Positions 1 through 12,995 of a stretch of DNA of 64,000 bases are shown piece after piece. The first letter of the stretch is position 1, and the number at the start of each line of letters is the position of its first letter. The notes beneath the pieces were generated by a model. The model saw only the letters and a program-made list of their open reading frames with translations. It did no database searches and was not told the DNA's origin. This DNA comes from Callorhinchus milii. Its lineage: Eukaryota. Both the position numbers and the translations under genes were made by a program. The DNA lies in the NCBI RefSeq assembly GCF_018977255.1, contig NW_024704742.1:47184001-47248000 (forward strand), in the 5' to 3' direction.

Positions 1-3000
1 CAAGGTTTCACCCTGCCGGGAATTGGGGTTGATGGATTCAGGATCGGGAATGGAAACACTAAGAACAGACCTGAGGCTTCTGGTCGCTGCTTTGTTTTTC
101 TTTCAAAACTCACCGGCCTACTCTATACATTTACTTCTGGATATAACGCAACACCACAATTAAATAACACCATCGGAATTGCAAGCCGATTGGGAAACTA
201 GTCTTATGCCTATATGTTTTTCTCACTGATGGCATTAGAGCACATGGAACCCTTGCAATTGCATGGGATCCCAAGGCAACGAGAGAGCACCCTGTCATTG
301 TGAAGAACCATTGAAATCACCTCACCTAACCTACTGGGAAGACGGGGGACGCAACCAATATGCCAACAGTTGCAGACCCATACTGGCCTCCCTCCAGCCA
401 ATAGCAGCGCCACCAGGGCAGGTCATCCACCCACTGAGTTCAGTTGGCCAGGGACTCGTTGGCAACACTGGTAGGTGCTGCGGAATCGAGCTTTGCATGT
501 AAACGCCGTGTTTGAATGATTTGGATAGTACTTTAAAAAACATCAACTTTGACTCAGTTGGTAGCACTCTCACCTCTGAGTCAGATGGTTGTGGGTTTAA
601 GACACATGATGGGACTTGGCTTCATAATCCAGACAAACAGTTCAGCAATTGGGGTTTGCCAAGTTGTCAGAGATGCGATAATTTGCATGAAACATTTAAT
701 CGAGGCTACACCTACCTATTTAGGTAAATATTAAAAAACCCTTGACAGGCTTCAAAAAGAGAAATGAGTTTACTACCCTATATCGGTCAATAATCCTCCA
801 GATTCACCTCATTGCTGTTTGTGGGACATTGCTGTTTGTGGGACCTTGCTGTGTGCAAACTGCCTGCTGTGTTTGCCTAAAATACCCATTCTATTTGAAT
901 TATCTATAATGTGCTTGAAAGTATTATGATTTTATAAGCACCAATGAAAAGATCATTAAGTATGTGCGGTCTGTTCTCCCCCTCCTTTGCAATCAATTTA
1001 TTTCTATTGCTATCTGTTTCTCTCTTTTTACTGCAGATTTTTTTTATCACTTATTCTGTTGCAGATGGTTTCTCTCTTTCTCTCTCTTTGCCTTTTTCTC
1101 TCTCTGCAGTTTGTTTGTTCTCACTCTCTATTGCTATCTTTTCCCTCTATTCCTCCTGAGACCCCCCCAGGGGTAAAACCTCAGCTGATCTTTTTAATAT
1201 TAGATTTTGGCATTCTTAAATTTTGTCATACCCAGAAATATTTGCTTACTAATTGACTGAGAGAGTAATTTCCAGAGAGTAATGAAGTACTGTACTGCTT
1301 TATATTTAAATTTATGAATTACTGTCAGTTTAATAGAATGTATTTGGCCTCCGAGTGATATCATCAAATGTTTCTAGAACTCTAAATCCAATTTGGTTGT
1401 ATTCATTGCTACATCATAGTTTATTCTGACTGCCTCTGTCAGCCTCTGTTAGTTTTGGGGTCAGACATATTTACATATAGTATTTAATTTTACTATTTTC
1501 ATACAGTGTTACTCCAAATTCTTTTTTTGTACATTGACTGACAAGTCCATTTTAGACATCGTCTGAAGTCAGATTTCATCATCTGAAGTCAGAGCAAAAC
1601 AGCTTACAGTTTCTTGAACTGCAAGATACTCTTTTGATTAGATAGCAGCAAATTTGTAACTGTGTTCATCCAAAAGCAAACCTCATCGTATTTTTTTTAA
1701 AAATCAAGCAATTTATGCAACCTGGGTTGCTCAACTCAATCGTGCTGAAAAAATGCTGAATACTATTTCTCATCTGCATGCTTCCACTTGAGTAAATGGT
1801 ATAATAATCCTTGCTTTATCATGTTTCAATTCATAGCACTTTTGCTTCTGAGTCAGAAGGTTGTGTGTTTACCCATGTTAGGACTTTGAGCTCATACTGT
1901 AGGTGGCACCAGTGCAATGCTAGTGGAGAGCTGTATTGTTGGAGGTGGTTATATTTTGCCCACAAAATGCCCAGTGAATCCACCTTACACTATATTCTGT
2001 GAAACACTTTGAGACGGTTCAACGATGTGAAAAGGAGCTATATCATATGCAAGGATTATTATTATTATATAGCTTTATCACTTGAACAAAAGGGTAGCAT
2101 TGGTGAAAAATGCACAATGAGATGAGCCGCACCCTACAAAATTTAAAAATAAGTTTAAAAATAGGATTGACTTGATGGGGAATGTTCTGAGAATGGCAGC
2201 TCATGCATATCTCTTGCTAATTCTTAAAACGATGATCTGGTTAATGAATAAGAGTATTTATCAGTTGTAAGGCTATTGGTAGATTGTATAACCTATCTGT
2301 GATGTAGGCAGTGCATTTATTCATTGTCTGCAACTTCCCTGTAGCAACGAATCTGGTGAGGTTGTTTCTTTGCTTTATCTTCATTTCTACATTCCAATCA
2401 CTTCCACTCCAATATTCCTCTGTCAATTATCCTGTGACCAACCTTCCTTCCTTCATTCAACAGATTTTCATTTATATTTTTAAACTAATTTATCTAATAA
2501 TGGTAAAGGATGAACTATTGTGATAAAAAATGTATAACTTATAATAAATAATAATAATTCTTGCATTTCATGTGGCGCCTTATCATGTCTTTGAGACGTC
2601 TCAAAGTGCTTCACAGAATATACTGTAAAGTGAATTGACTGCATACTTTGTGGGTGAAACAGACAAAAAAAAGCTTTTCAGTGGAGCTCCTCTTCCAGCT
2701 TCCCCAATGGCTCAGTTGAAATTTCATTCCTAATCTCAGTTACACCAACAATAGTGTGTTACAATTAGCATGATTGCTTTCTGCAGAGTACTGAAGATCT
2801 CGCCTAAGGAGACAGATCAGCTACAGAGCAGAACCTCATATTGAACACTTTCATTGCAAATCTGCACATAATCTCTTATGACTCCTTCCTTTTCTTACCT
2901 ACACCCAAGTTCAAGAGGACAAATCATCAATGAGACTTTGAAGTAACCTGAATTTTTCAAATCCAAGCTCCAAAGGGTAGAATGGTCTAAGGTGCCATAG

Positions 3001-4284
3001 AATTTTGGAAATGAAGATAAAGCAAAAAAAAACACCATCAGATTCATAGGTATAAGATGCGCCTACAATTTTGTTCCCACTAGTATGTCAGCCACTCGTA
3101 CTTATAAGAATTTCTAGAATGCGACTAGTTATGTATTAAGAGGAGTGACAAGTAAAGTGAAGTGACCAGGCATAATTATTGTCAGCATGGCTACTTAAGT
3201 GGTAGTGACTAGTTAAAGTAAACATTTGGTACTTTTTGACTCTCCAAAAAGTTTCACATAGTCAAAACCATATTAATAAACAAACCAGTAAAATGTCATT
3301 TTCTCCTTTACAATATTTCCTTTTTACAGCCTCAAACCAAGTGTAGGAATTGTGTATGAATCTTCATGGAGGAATCACGTCTCACTATCTATTGCCTGAA
3401 ATTTCTCATGATCTTAGATTGATCGTTGTCTTAAAATTTAAGGTTGTACTGAATTTTTGGAACATTCTTTTTAAGAACTGAAGAAACCGTCTTTTTAAAT
3501 TAAGTCTAAATTGAAGAATTTTCTAAAATTCTACACCATCTTACATATTAAAACAATGATCTTTCGCAATATATTTCAGGCTTCAGTAAGGTGGATGCCT
3601 TTTCTTCCCCTCCCAACTAATTTGGGAGGGAAAGAAAAGGCTGTAAGATTTCAGCCTGCTAAAAATTGTTTTTCCGTATTTCACCTAAAAAATACACAGT
3701 CACTACACTTTACAGTAAATCCTGTGAAACGCTTCAAGATCTCCCCTGACATAAAAGAGCACTGTATCAAATACAAGACTTATTAGTTTTATTTTATTTC
3801 TTCACATTGATCTTACCTAAAAGTGATATCATCAAATGTTTCTAGTACGCTAAATCCAATTTGGTTGTATTCATTACTGCATCATAGTTTATTTTGACTG
3901 CCTCTGTCAGCCTCTGTTAGTTTTGGGTCAGACATATTTACATATATTATTTAATTTTCCTATTTTCATACAGTGTTACTCCAAATTTTTTTTTGTACAT
4001 TGACTGTCAAGTCCATTTTGGATTTTGTTTCATCATCTGAAGTCTGAGCAAACAGCTTATAGTTTCTTGGACTGCAAGATGCTCTTTTCATTAGACAGCA
4101 GCAAATTTGTAATCTTGTTCATGCAAAAGCAAACCTCATCATATTTTTGAAAAAAAACAAGCACTTTATGCAAAGTAGATTGCTCAACTCAGCAGTGCTG
4201 AAAACATGCTGAATACTATTTCTTATCTGCATGCTTCCACTTGTGTAAATTATATAAATAATCCTTGCTTTATCATGGTTCAAT

Positions 4285-4685
4285 TTCACTTCTGAGTCAG
4301 AAAGTTGTGGATTCAACACCCATGTTGTGACTTTGATCTTATAGCGTAGGTGGCACCAGTGCAATGCGAGTCGAGAGCTGTACTGTTGGACATGGCATGC
4401 TTTAGGTGTAACATTAAACCAAGGTCCTCATCTGCCTGTTCAGGTGAATGTTATGGATCCCTTGGCACTATTTGAAAGAGAAGGGAGTTTTTCTCAGTGT
4501 CTTGGCGAACATTCCTCCAGATAAAATTGATCATTCACTTCATGATCTGTTGGTGGGACATTGCTGTGCATGAATAGGCCGCCACAATAGCCTTTAAATA
4601 CAGTCACTACACTTCACAGCAAAAATCCTGTGAAGTATTTTGAAACTGATAAGATGCTATACCAAATGCAAGGATTATGATTATC
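4285..4685 (+). mobile_element. Older Deu-type SINE. Related decayed copies at about 550-945, 20812-21170, 44330-44720, 45610-45930, 57955-58290(-) and 61835-62220.
   Basis: CTGAGTCAGAAGGTTGTG head, CTGCCTGTTCAGGTGAATGTTA middle block, same core and tail as the young SINE. Confidence 0.75.
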
Positions 4686-6030
4686 ATGTCCATTCCAAGA
4701 CTGTGCTGACCCATTGTCTGGCAGACATTAAATCCTGGGTTAGGACGTTTTCCCAACGTGAAAGGCGCTAAACAAATGTAATTTTGCTGTTGTTGCTGAA
4801 CATCAGCAATACCAAAGCCATCTTGTTTTTTACCAACACTTGCCTCTCTATGGCTCCAACTCAATCAACCTCCTTATCTACTTGCTTCAGTTTCTTGAGC
4901 CAGTGGGCAACCTTGCCATACTACTCAACTGCCTCCCCCTAGCTCTGTTTTCAACCCTTTTTTCTATCATTCAAACATTGGCTCCTTATTTCACCTTCTC
5001 CTCAGATCATCTATGGTTTTCCAACTTCAAATTCTCTAATGCTGTCTTTGCTGTCCCCCTCCAATTGCACCCTCCGTAAACTTCAACTCATATTTGATCT
5101 CATGACAAATAAGAGAAACAGACCAGGAAGCAAAACCAATCTTTGATTGTCCCATGAAACACAATGTTAAGAAAATCCTGAACACAGAGTATCTGTGTCT
5201 CTTAAGAGAAGGCTACCCCATCATCACAGATGTCGATTTTACCATCACAATACCTTCTACAATGTTAGTGTGGGAGAAAAGCTTAAACAATAAGTGATAC
5301 ACTTATTTAGCAACATATTGTATTGTCATTATTTGCTGAAATCAATCCCAAACTAGTGCATTGACAACAGCTTTGTATATGAGCAAACCGCAGTGAAATG
5401 GGATTACGGTAGATAGATCCAAAGGTTCTGGTTCAGTCTGCTTAGTAATGGCTGAATAGTCTTCCTTGCTGTAATTATTCTATGTGCCAGTGTGAATTGT
5501 ATTTTCTTAGGCCAAGGTATTAATACTTCAGGGCTCAGAAATTGACTGGACAAGTACCAACCCAGCTGAGAAATAATTTAACAGCCATGGAAGAGTTATT
5601 TGTGATTAGGCTGGAAATCCATGTTTGCTGAATGTGAAACAGATGTTGGGAAACCCCATTGACCCAAAGCTGAAGGTAACTTCTTACATACATGCTTTAG
5701 AGAGTATTGGTTTAACATCTATTAGTCAGTATTTGTTGGATTCTTTTAGAGTTTTGCATGTGTGCAAAACATATTCCTATCATGATTTTGTGGACGTTTA
5801 GCCTGTAACAAAATTATTATTGCACTGTTTATTAATGTAGAATCTTTTTTTCTGTTTCTCTTTACAGAAATAGAAGAACTTAGTGAAATTTGTTTGGCTG
5901 GTTATTCAATTGTTTCTCCACCTCCTCGCCTCACATGCGAGGGGACCCAGGTTCAATTCCCAGATATTTCTGGGGGTAATTATCCCTCAAAAAAAGATTT
6001 AGTCACTGTTTGTGGCACAAAAAAAATGCG

Positions 6031-7419
6031 AAACTATAGACCAGTTAGTCTGACATCGGTGGTAGGGAAAATTCTAGAGTCCTTAATTAGGGATGTCGTC
6101 GTGGGGCACTTAAAAAATCATAACATGATTAGGCAGAGTCAATATGGCTTTAGGAAAGGGAAATCATGTTTAACAAATCTTATAGAGTTTTTTGAGGATG
6201 TAACTAGCAGGTTAGTTAGAGGGGAACCAGTAGATGTGGTGTATTTGGATTTCCAGAAGGCATTCTACAAGGTGCCACATAAAAGGCTGTTGTGTAAGAT
6301 TAGAGCCCATGGAATTAAAGGTAATATATTAGCATGGATTGGAGAGTGGATAACAGGAAGAAAACAGAGCGTAGGGACAGGTGGGTCCTTCTCAGATTGG
6401 TAGGATGTGACTAGTGGAGTGCCACAAGGATCAGTGCTTGGTCCTCAATTATTTACAGTCTATATCAATGATTTAGATGAGGAAATAGAACTTAACATAT
6501 CTAAATTCGCAGACGATACGAAGATAGGTGGGAGAGTAAGCTGTGCGGATGACACATGAAGAATGCAAAGGGAAATAGACAGGCTAGGTGAGTGGGCAAG
6601 AAGGTGACAGATGGAGTATAATGTGGGGAAGTGTGAAGTTATTCACCTCAGCAGTAAAAATAGAAAAGCGGATTGTTTTCGAGAGGTGGGAGACTAGGTA
6701 GTGCTAGTGTTCAGAGGGATTTAGGTGTCCTTGTACACCAGTCACAAAAAGTTAGCATGCAGATACAGCAAGCAATTAGGAAGGCTAATGCCATGTTGGT
6801 GTTCGTTGCAAAAGGGTTAGAGTACAAGAATAGGGAAGTCTTGCTGCAACTGTATGGGGCCTTGGTGAGACCGCACCTAGAATATTGTGTGCAGTTTTGG
6901 AATCCTTATTTAAGAAAGGACTTAGAGGGGGTGCAGCGTAGATTCACTAGGTTGGTTCCTGGGATGAGGGAGTTGACCTACGAGGATAGGTTGAGTAAAC
7001 TAGGCCTATATTCTCTAGAATATAGAAGAATTAGGAGTGATCTTATAGAAACCTACAAGATTCTTAAGGCTCTTGACAGGGTAGATGCCGTGAGACTGTT
7101 TCCCCTGCTTGGAGGGGTTATAGTCTCAAGATAAAGGTCAGCCTTTTCGAACTGAGTTGAGGAAATATTTCTTCACTCAGAGGGTAGTGAATTTGTGGAA
7201 TTCTCTACCCCAGAAGGCTGTGGATGCTCAGTCCTTGAACATATTCAAGATTGAGGTTGATAGATTTTAAAAGGATAGAGGGATTAAGGGATATGGGGAT
7301 AGAGCGGGTAAATGGAATTAGGTTAGAAGATCAGCCGTGATCTTATTGAATGGTGGGCTAGGCTCGAGGGACCGAATGGCCGAATGGCCTACTCCTGCTT
7401 CTACGTCTTATGGTCTTAT
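6031..7419 (+). mobile_element. CR1-clade LINE, 5'-truncated, decayed RT and 3' UTR
   Basis: [34 protein letters not shown] and LVRPHLEYCVQFW motifs; in-frame stops; CTTATG-type tail. Confidence 0.93.
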
Positions 7420-7944
7420 TGCTGTGATGGGGAATGTTCTGGGAATGGCAGCCCGTGCATATCTCTTGCTAATTCTCAGAAAGATGATCTGGTTAATGAA
7501 TAAGAGTAGTTATCAGCTGTATGGCTGGTGGTAGCTTGTATAACTTATCTGTGATGTGGGCAGTGCATTCATTCATAGTCTGCAACTTCCCCTTAGCAAC
7601 GATAAGGTGGGGTTGTTTCTTTGCTTTATCTTCATTTCTACATTCCAGTCACTCCCACTCCGATAGTCCTTTTTTTAATTATCCTGTGACCAACCTTCTT
7701 TCCTTTATTCAACAGAAACTCCCTTCTCCTTTTGAACAGTGACATGTCTCTCTGAGGTAAAAGAGACATGAGCTAATTATCTGTAAAACTAAACCAAACA
7801 AAAAACAAGTCAATATTTTTAAATGAGTTTACTTAACATTATTAAAGGATGGGCTATTGTGATAAAATCTGTATAACTTTTCAGTGGAGCTCCTCTTCCA
7901 CTTTCCCCAATGGCTCAGTTGAAGTTTCATCCCTAATCTCAATT

Positions 7945-8270
7945 GCAACAACAACAAAATTATATTTGTAAAAGCAGCTTTCACATCAGGAGGATATCTG
8001 AAGGCGCTGGACAGACAGAGTTACGGACCCGAACTGAGGGTCGGTGTTGGGGAGGGTGGAGGGCGGGAGGGAGAAGCAGGGAGATCGAAAGCACGGTCGA
8101 AGAGGCAGGTTCTGGAGGTGGGTCTTGAAGGAGGCAAGGGAGGGGGTGAGGCGGAGGGACTGTGGGATGGAGCTCCAGATGGTGGGGGCAGAATGGCAGA
8201 AGGCCCACCTGCCAATAGTGGGGCGAGCGAGGCGGGGGACATGAAGCAGGCAGGAGCCTGCTGAGCAAAC
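7945..8270 (-). mobile_element. L2-clade LINE 3' fragment
   Basis: Minus-strand HVPRLARPTIG.WAFCHSAPTIW...SFKTHL; (TTG)n tail. Confidence 0.85.
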
Positions 8271-10945
8271 AGGATGGTTGGGGGTTACAACAACTTGCAC
8301 GTATGTATCGCCCTTCATGCGAGTAGCGTCCTGGAGCGCTTGATTACACCAAGAATTATGTGCTACAATTAGCACGATTGTTTTCTCACCTAAGGAGACG
8401 GATCGGGTACAGAGCAGAACCTCAAATTGAACACTTCATTGCAGACTTTCACAAAATCCCTCAGTCTTTGAAGTAACCTGAATTTTTCAAAGCAAAGCTC
8501 TAATGGGTAGGATGGTCCAAGCTGCCATAGAATGTTGGAAATGAAGAAACAACACCACCAGATTTATGGATATGAATCTTATATGACTACAATTTTGTTT
8601 CCCATTAGTATGTCAGCCACTCATAGCAATCCCCATTTACCAACATAAGGGATAAACAGAAGATAATCCTCAGAAACCCAAAAATTGTGTTGGGCACTGA
8701 ACTTATGCAGATGTTTCCATCGGATTTCAGAATTGAGTCATCGAGTCACAATAGCAGAGCAGCTACCACAAAACAATAACTAGTAAAGCCACAAGGATTA
8801 AAAACAAATACAGTCAACTCCTGATAACTCCAAGGAAAAAGCCTGAGCGACTAGTTATCCAAAGTGGCTCATCTGGCATAGGGCCTCCCTGGCCACAATG
8901 GAGCACATTGACTAGTGCGGGCAATCAGCGGAGGCCTCTGGTCTATTGGAGGGCAGCTCCTTGGCCTCACATCCTACCTGTCACAGGATAAAGTGGGAGG
9001 TGGGACAGGAGGCCATGGCTCATTCTCCAATAGACTAGAGGTCCCTACAATGCATCCAAGCATGTGCCCAAACTCCGCCAAGTGACTTCACTGGTTACAG
9101 TATAGGGCATTGGGCCTCTGTGATGCAAGGGTGAGTTATCTAATCAATTTTATACTTATAAGAATTTCTGGAATGCGACTAGTTATGTATAAAGAGGAGT
9201 GACAAGTAAAGTGAAGTGACCAGGCATAATTATTGTCAGCATGGCTACTTAAGTGGTACTGACTAGTTAAAGTAAAGATTTGGTACTTTTTGACTCTCCA
9301 AAAAGTTTCACATAGTCAAAACCATATTAATAAACATACCAGTAAAATGTCATTTTCTCCTTTACAATATTTCCTTTTTACAGCCTCAAACCAAGTGTAG
9401 GAATTGTGTATGAATCTTCATGGAGGAATCACGTCTCATTACACTTAGACAATCACGTAAACATTTGGTACTTTTTGACTCTCCAAAAAGTTGTATACAG
9501 TCAAAACTATGTTTATGAACAAACTAGTAAAATTTTATAAGTTAATAAGACTTGTTATCAGAAGTTTACGGTGTGAATGATCTAACTGGTGCAATCAGGA
9601 CTGGAAAAGGGGGTCTCTAAACTGATGGGAAACTTTATACTTTCAGATTTGACATTGGTATTTTGTTAGGGAACAAGGAGGTTTTTTTCCTTTCTGCTGC
9701 CAGTCCACCCTTACGATCTCATATTTTCTAAAATGTGAAATCCATGAATCAATGCCTGTATAATTTAAAAGGGTTTTATTGAATGTTGCGAGGATTAGTG
9801 GAGAAATAGAAGATGAAATTCTTTGAAACATGAAAATGTCATATGTTGGCTTAACCTGTCAGTGTTGATTTACGCGGGTGGGTTGTCATGTGAGGTTCAG
9901 CTGGATTACCTTTAGCAATTGGATAGAAATGACACTGTTTCTTTTTGGAACCTTTAAATGCTGCTGATACCTGAGGAAATTAAACAAGTTTGGTAGCCTC
10001 CATAATGATGAAAATTGTACATGATCTGTTGGAAGGTGAGGTTTGCTGAAAGAGGTTTGCATCATTTTTTGATATATTTATGTTAGGATATGCAAAGTAC
10101 AAATGTGCAGTTATCAAACATCCCATCACATGCATAACTGAATAAGACATTCACATAGCACCATTTTGTTACTATGATCTTTCGCAATATATTTCAGGCC
10201 TCAGTAAGGTGGATGTTCTCACCTTCCAAATAACTAGGAAAGCATGAATAGAGCAAACTAACTTGGGAGGTGATGAAAAGCCTGTAATATTTCAGCCTGT
10301 TAAAAAATGTTCTTCCATATTTTACCTACAAAATAGACAATCGCTACACTTTACAATAAATCTTGTGAAATGCTTCAAGACCTCCCCTTGACATAAAAGA
10401 GCACTAAATCAAATACAAGAATTATTGGTTTTATTTTATTTCTTCACATTGATCTTACCTAAAAGGGGTCAAGTAAAATAGCAGCCTTCCCACAGACAAG
10501 CTGGGAAAATTGAAGGGATAGTCATTCCCTGCTCCATGTTTGTCCAAGTCCTAACAGCTAGTTGTAGTATTGACATTGGTGAATGCCCAGAAATATAAAT
10601 CCTGCTCACTTTGTCAGTCCCAATAGTACATAGAATTTGGGTAAGAATTTGGTTAGTGACTGTACTGGTCACTGACTGTTAGCACACATTGTTTGTGTCA
10701 CTGAGAAAGGGTAGGAAGAAGCAATATCTTGAAGTCTCATTCATGGAAAAATAAATACTCTTAACTAGATAAACTGCAATCCTGAAATCCTACATAGTCT
10801 AACTAACACAACGGTGTTGTCTTATATTTTAAGATCATGCAGAGTTGTGGAAAATTCTTACATTTATTCTTAATTTAAACCTAGTTCTTTTTAATGTTTA
10901 AAAGTAATCCTTGAATTTGATATAGCACCTTATCACATCATTGGG

Positions 10946-11313
10946 ATAATAATAATCCTTGCATTTGATATAGCGCTTTTCACGTCGGGAGGATGTCTCA
11001 TAGCACTTCACAGAATATACTGTGAAGTGAATTGACTGTATATTCTGTGGGCGAAACGCAGCAACCAATTGCGCACAGTCGTGTCCCACAAACAGTAGTG
11101 GATTGAGTAACCAAATAATTATAATTTTTTAAAGCTATTATTACCCCCAGAAAGCAATCTGCCAATTGACTAACAACTGGGTTCCTACTTACTGCTAGGT
11201 AAACAGAGGCGTGTGAAGTAAGGAAACTTGCATAAGGTTTCGCCCTGCCCGAGAATCGTACCCGGGTCCTCTCGTTTGTGAGGAAAGTACTCTAACCACT
11301 AAGCTACAGGACT
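10946..11313 (-). mobile_element. Same SINE family, long form
   Basis: Reverse complement of head, core and tail, plus an extra TTTACCTAGCAGTAAGTAGGAAC block. Confidence 0.9.
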
Positions 11314-11822
11314 ACGCTACAGTTCTTTTTAAGAAAGCTAGCATCCAAACTAAAACTGGACTTAAGACCATTTCTATAATTCTGTGCAATCTTAAAATTT
11401 GAGACATATGGTCTTGTTGGCCAAGGGTGTAATTGTGTGCTTCTGAAATTCACACAAAACACGATGGTTATAAGATCCAGACGTGGTAAAGTGCTCTCTG
11501 TGATAACCCTTAATTTGGTAGGCTATTTCTTAGAGCTACATATTAAAGCTTTAATTGTGGTTTAAAAATTACACCCCAGCTATGAACGAAGACTGACTCC
11601 AAAACAACACACACACACACCAGTTAACACCCAGTTCACACGCTGATCTTAAAATACACACTGCTTCAAACCTTGAACAAAGATTTTGCCAGAGTATGTA
11701 AACTATACTAAATTTTAGATATTGGAAATAAACGTAGCAACTCATGAAAATAAATATGGATTCGGTTTTCACAAAAACAGTCTTAGTTCACAAATAACTG
11801 TCAATTTTGAGATCTTCAGTCT

Positions 11823-12995
11823 ACAACAACAACAACTTGGATTTATATAGCGCCCTCCACGCCGGACGGCGTCTCAGAGTGCTTCACAGTAACGGATCCC
11901 GGGGCCGAGCCGGGGGGAGGGGAAGGGAGGTGACCAAAGGTGCGGTCGAAAAGAAAGGTCTTCAGCAGGGACCTGAAAATAGGAAGAGAGGGGGCGAAGC
12001 GAAGTGAGAGAGAAAGGGAGTTCCAGAGCTTCGGGGCGTAGTGGCTGAAGGCACGGCCACCGATGGTGGAGCGGAGGATTCGGAGGACAAGGAGGAGGCC
12101 AGACCCGGTGGAACGAAAGCAGTGGGCACTGTTGTGAGGAGAGAGGAGATCAGAGAGGTAGGGGGGTTTCAGAGGAATGGAGGGATTTGAAGACAAGAGT
12201 GAGGATCTTGAAGTCGATCCTCTCTGGGAGAGGCAGCCAGTGCAGTCTGGCAAGGATTGGGGTAATCGGGGAGCAGAGTTTGGTGTGGATGAGAATGTGG
12301 GCGGCAGAGTTTTGGATGGCCTGGCTTTTATGAATGGTAGTGCAGGGGAGACCGGCGAGAAGAGCATTAGAATAGTCCAACCGAGAGGTGACAAAGGCAT
12401 GGACCAGGGTTTCAGCTGCTTTTGAAGTGAGGTATTGGCGGAGATGGGCGATGCGTCGGAGGTGGAAGAAGGTGGTGCTAATGAGGACCGGATGTGGGGG
12501 AGGAAGGATAATTGGGGGTTGAACCTGACGCCTAGGTTGTGTACGGGTTCAGAGAGTTTTAGGGGGAGGTCTGGTAGGTGGAGGAGGTGAGAACCATGTG
12601 ATTTTAGACGTTGACCAGAGCCAAAGAGTATGGCTTCCGTCTTGTCAACATTTAGCTGAAGGAAATTTGCACTCATCCAGCCCTTGAAGTCTGACAGGCA
12701 GGCTGACAGAACATCAGTGGACTGGGGGTCTCAAAGTGAAGTGGAAAAATAGAGTCGGGTGTCGTCCGCGTACATGTGGAAGTGTACCCCAAGAGGAGCA
12801 TATAGATAGGAAGAGGAGGGGGCCAAGGATGGATCCTTGGGGTGCCCCACAGGTAACCGGGTGAGAGCGGGAGGGAAAGCCATTTGTGCAGATGTACTGC
12901 TGGCGGTTCGTGAGGTAGGACTCGAACCAGGCGAGTGCGGTCCCACTGAGGTGGATGACGGAGGAAAGGAGGTGGAGGAGGATGGGTGATCATCT
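11823..12995 (-). mobile_element. L2-clade LINE, RT C-terminus and 3' end, frameshifted
   Basis: PQGSILGP, HMYADDT, NFLQLNVDKTE, LHWLP and GGRAFSHYAPKLWNSL motifs. Confidence 0.92.

Larger units (their letters stand above)
1355..10463 (+). repeat. Tandem duplication: copy A about 1355-3822, copy B about 3823-10463
   Basis: Both copies start GTGATATCATCAAATGTTTCTAG and end CACATTGATCTTACCTAAAAG. Five colinear blocks match (1355/3823, 2172/7425, 2676/7877, 3100/9154, 3556/10173). Confidence 0.9.

Noticed and set aside
108..520. Possible minus-strand exon (donor-like CCG|GTGAGT at 113) of an upstream gene such as RELL1
   Set aside because: All three frames next to the donor contain stops and no RELL1-like peptide is visible. 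A non-coding exon cannot be excluded.
5894..7134. Functional reverse transcriptase gene
   Set aside because: In-frame stops, frameshifts and 5' truncation mark it as a dead CR1 copy. The same applies to the other RT ORFs.
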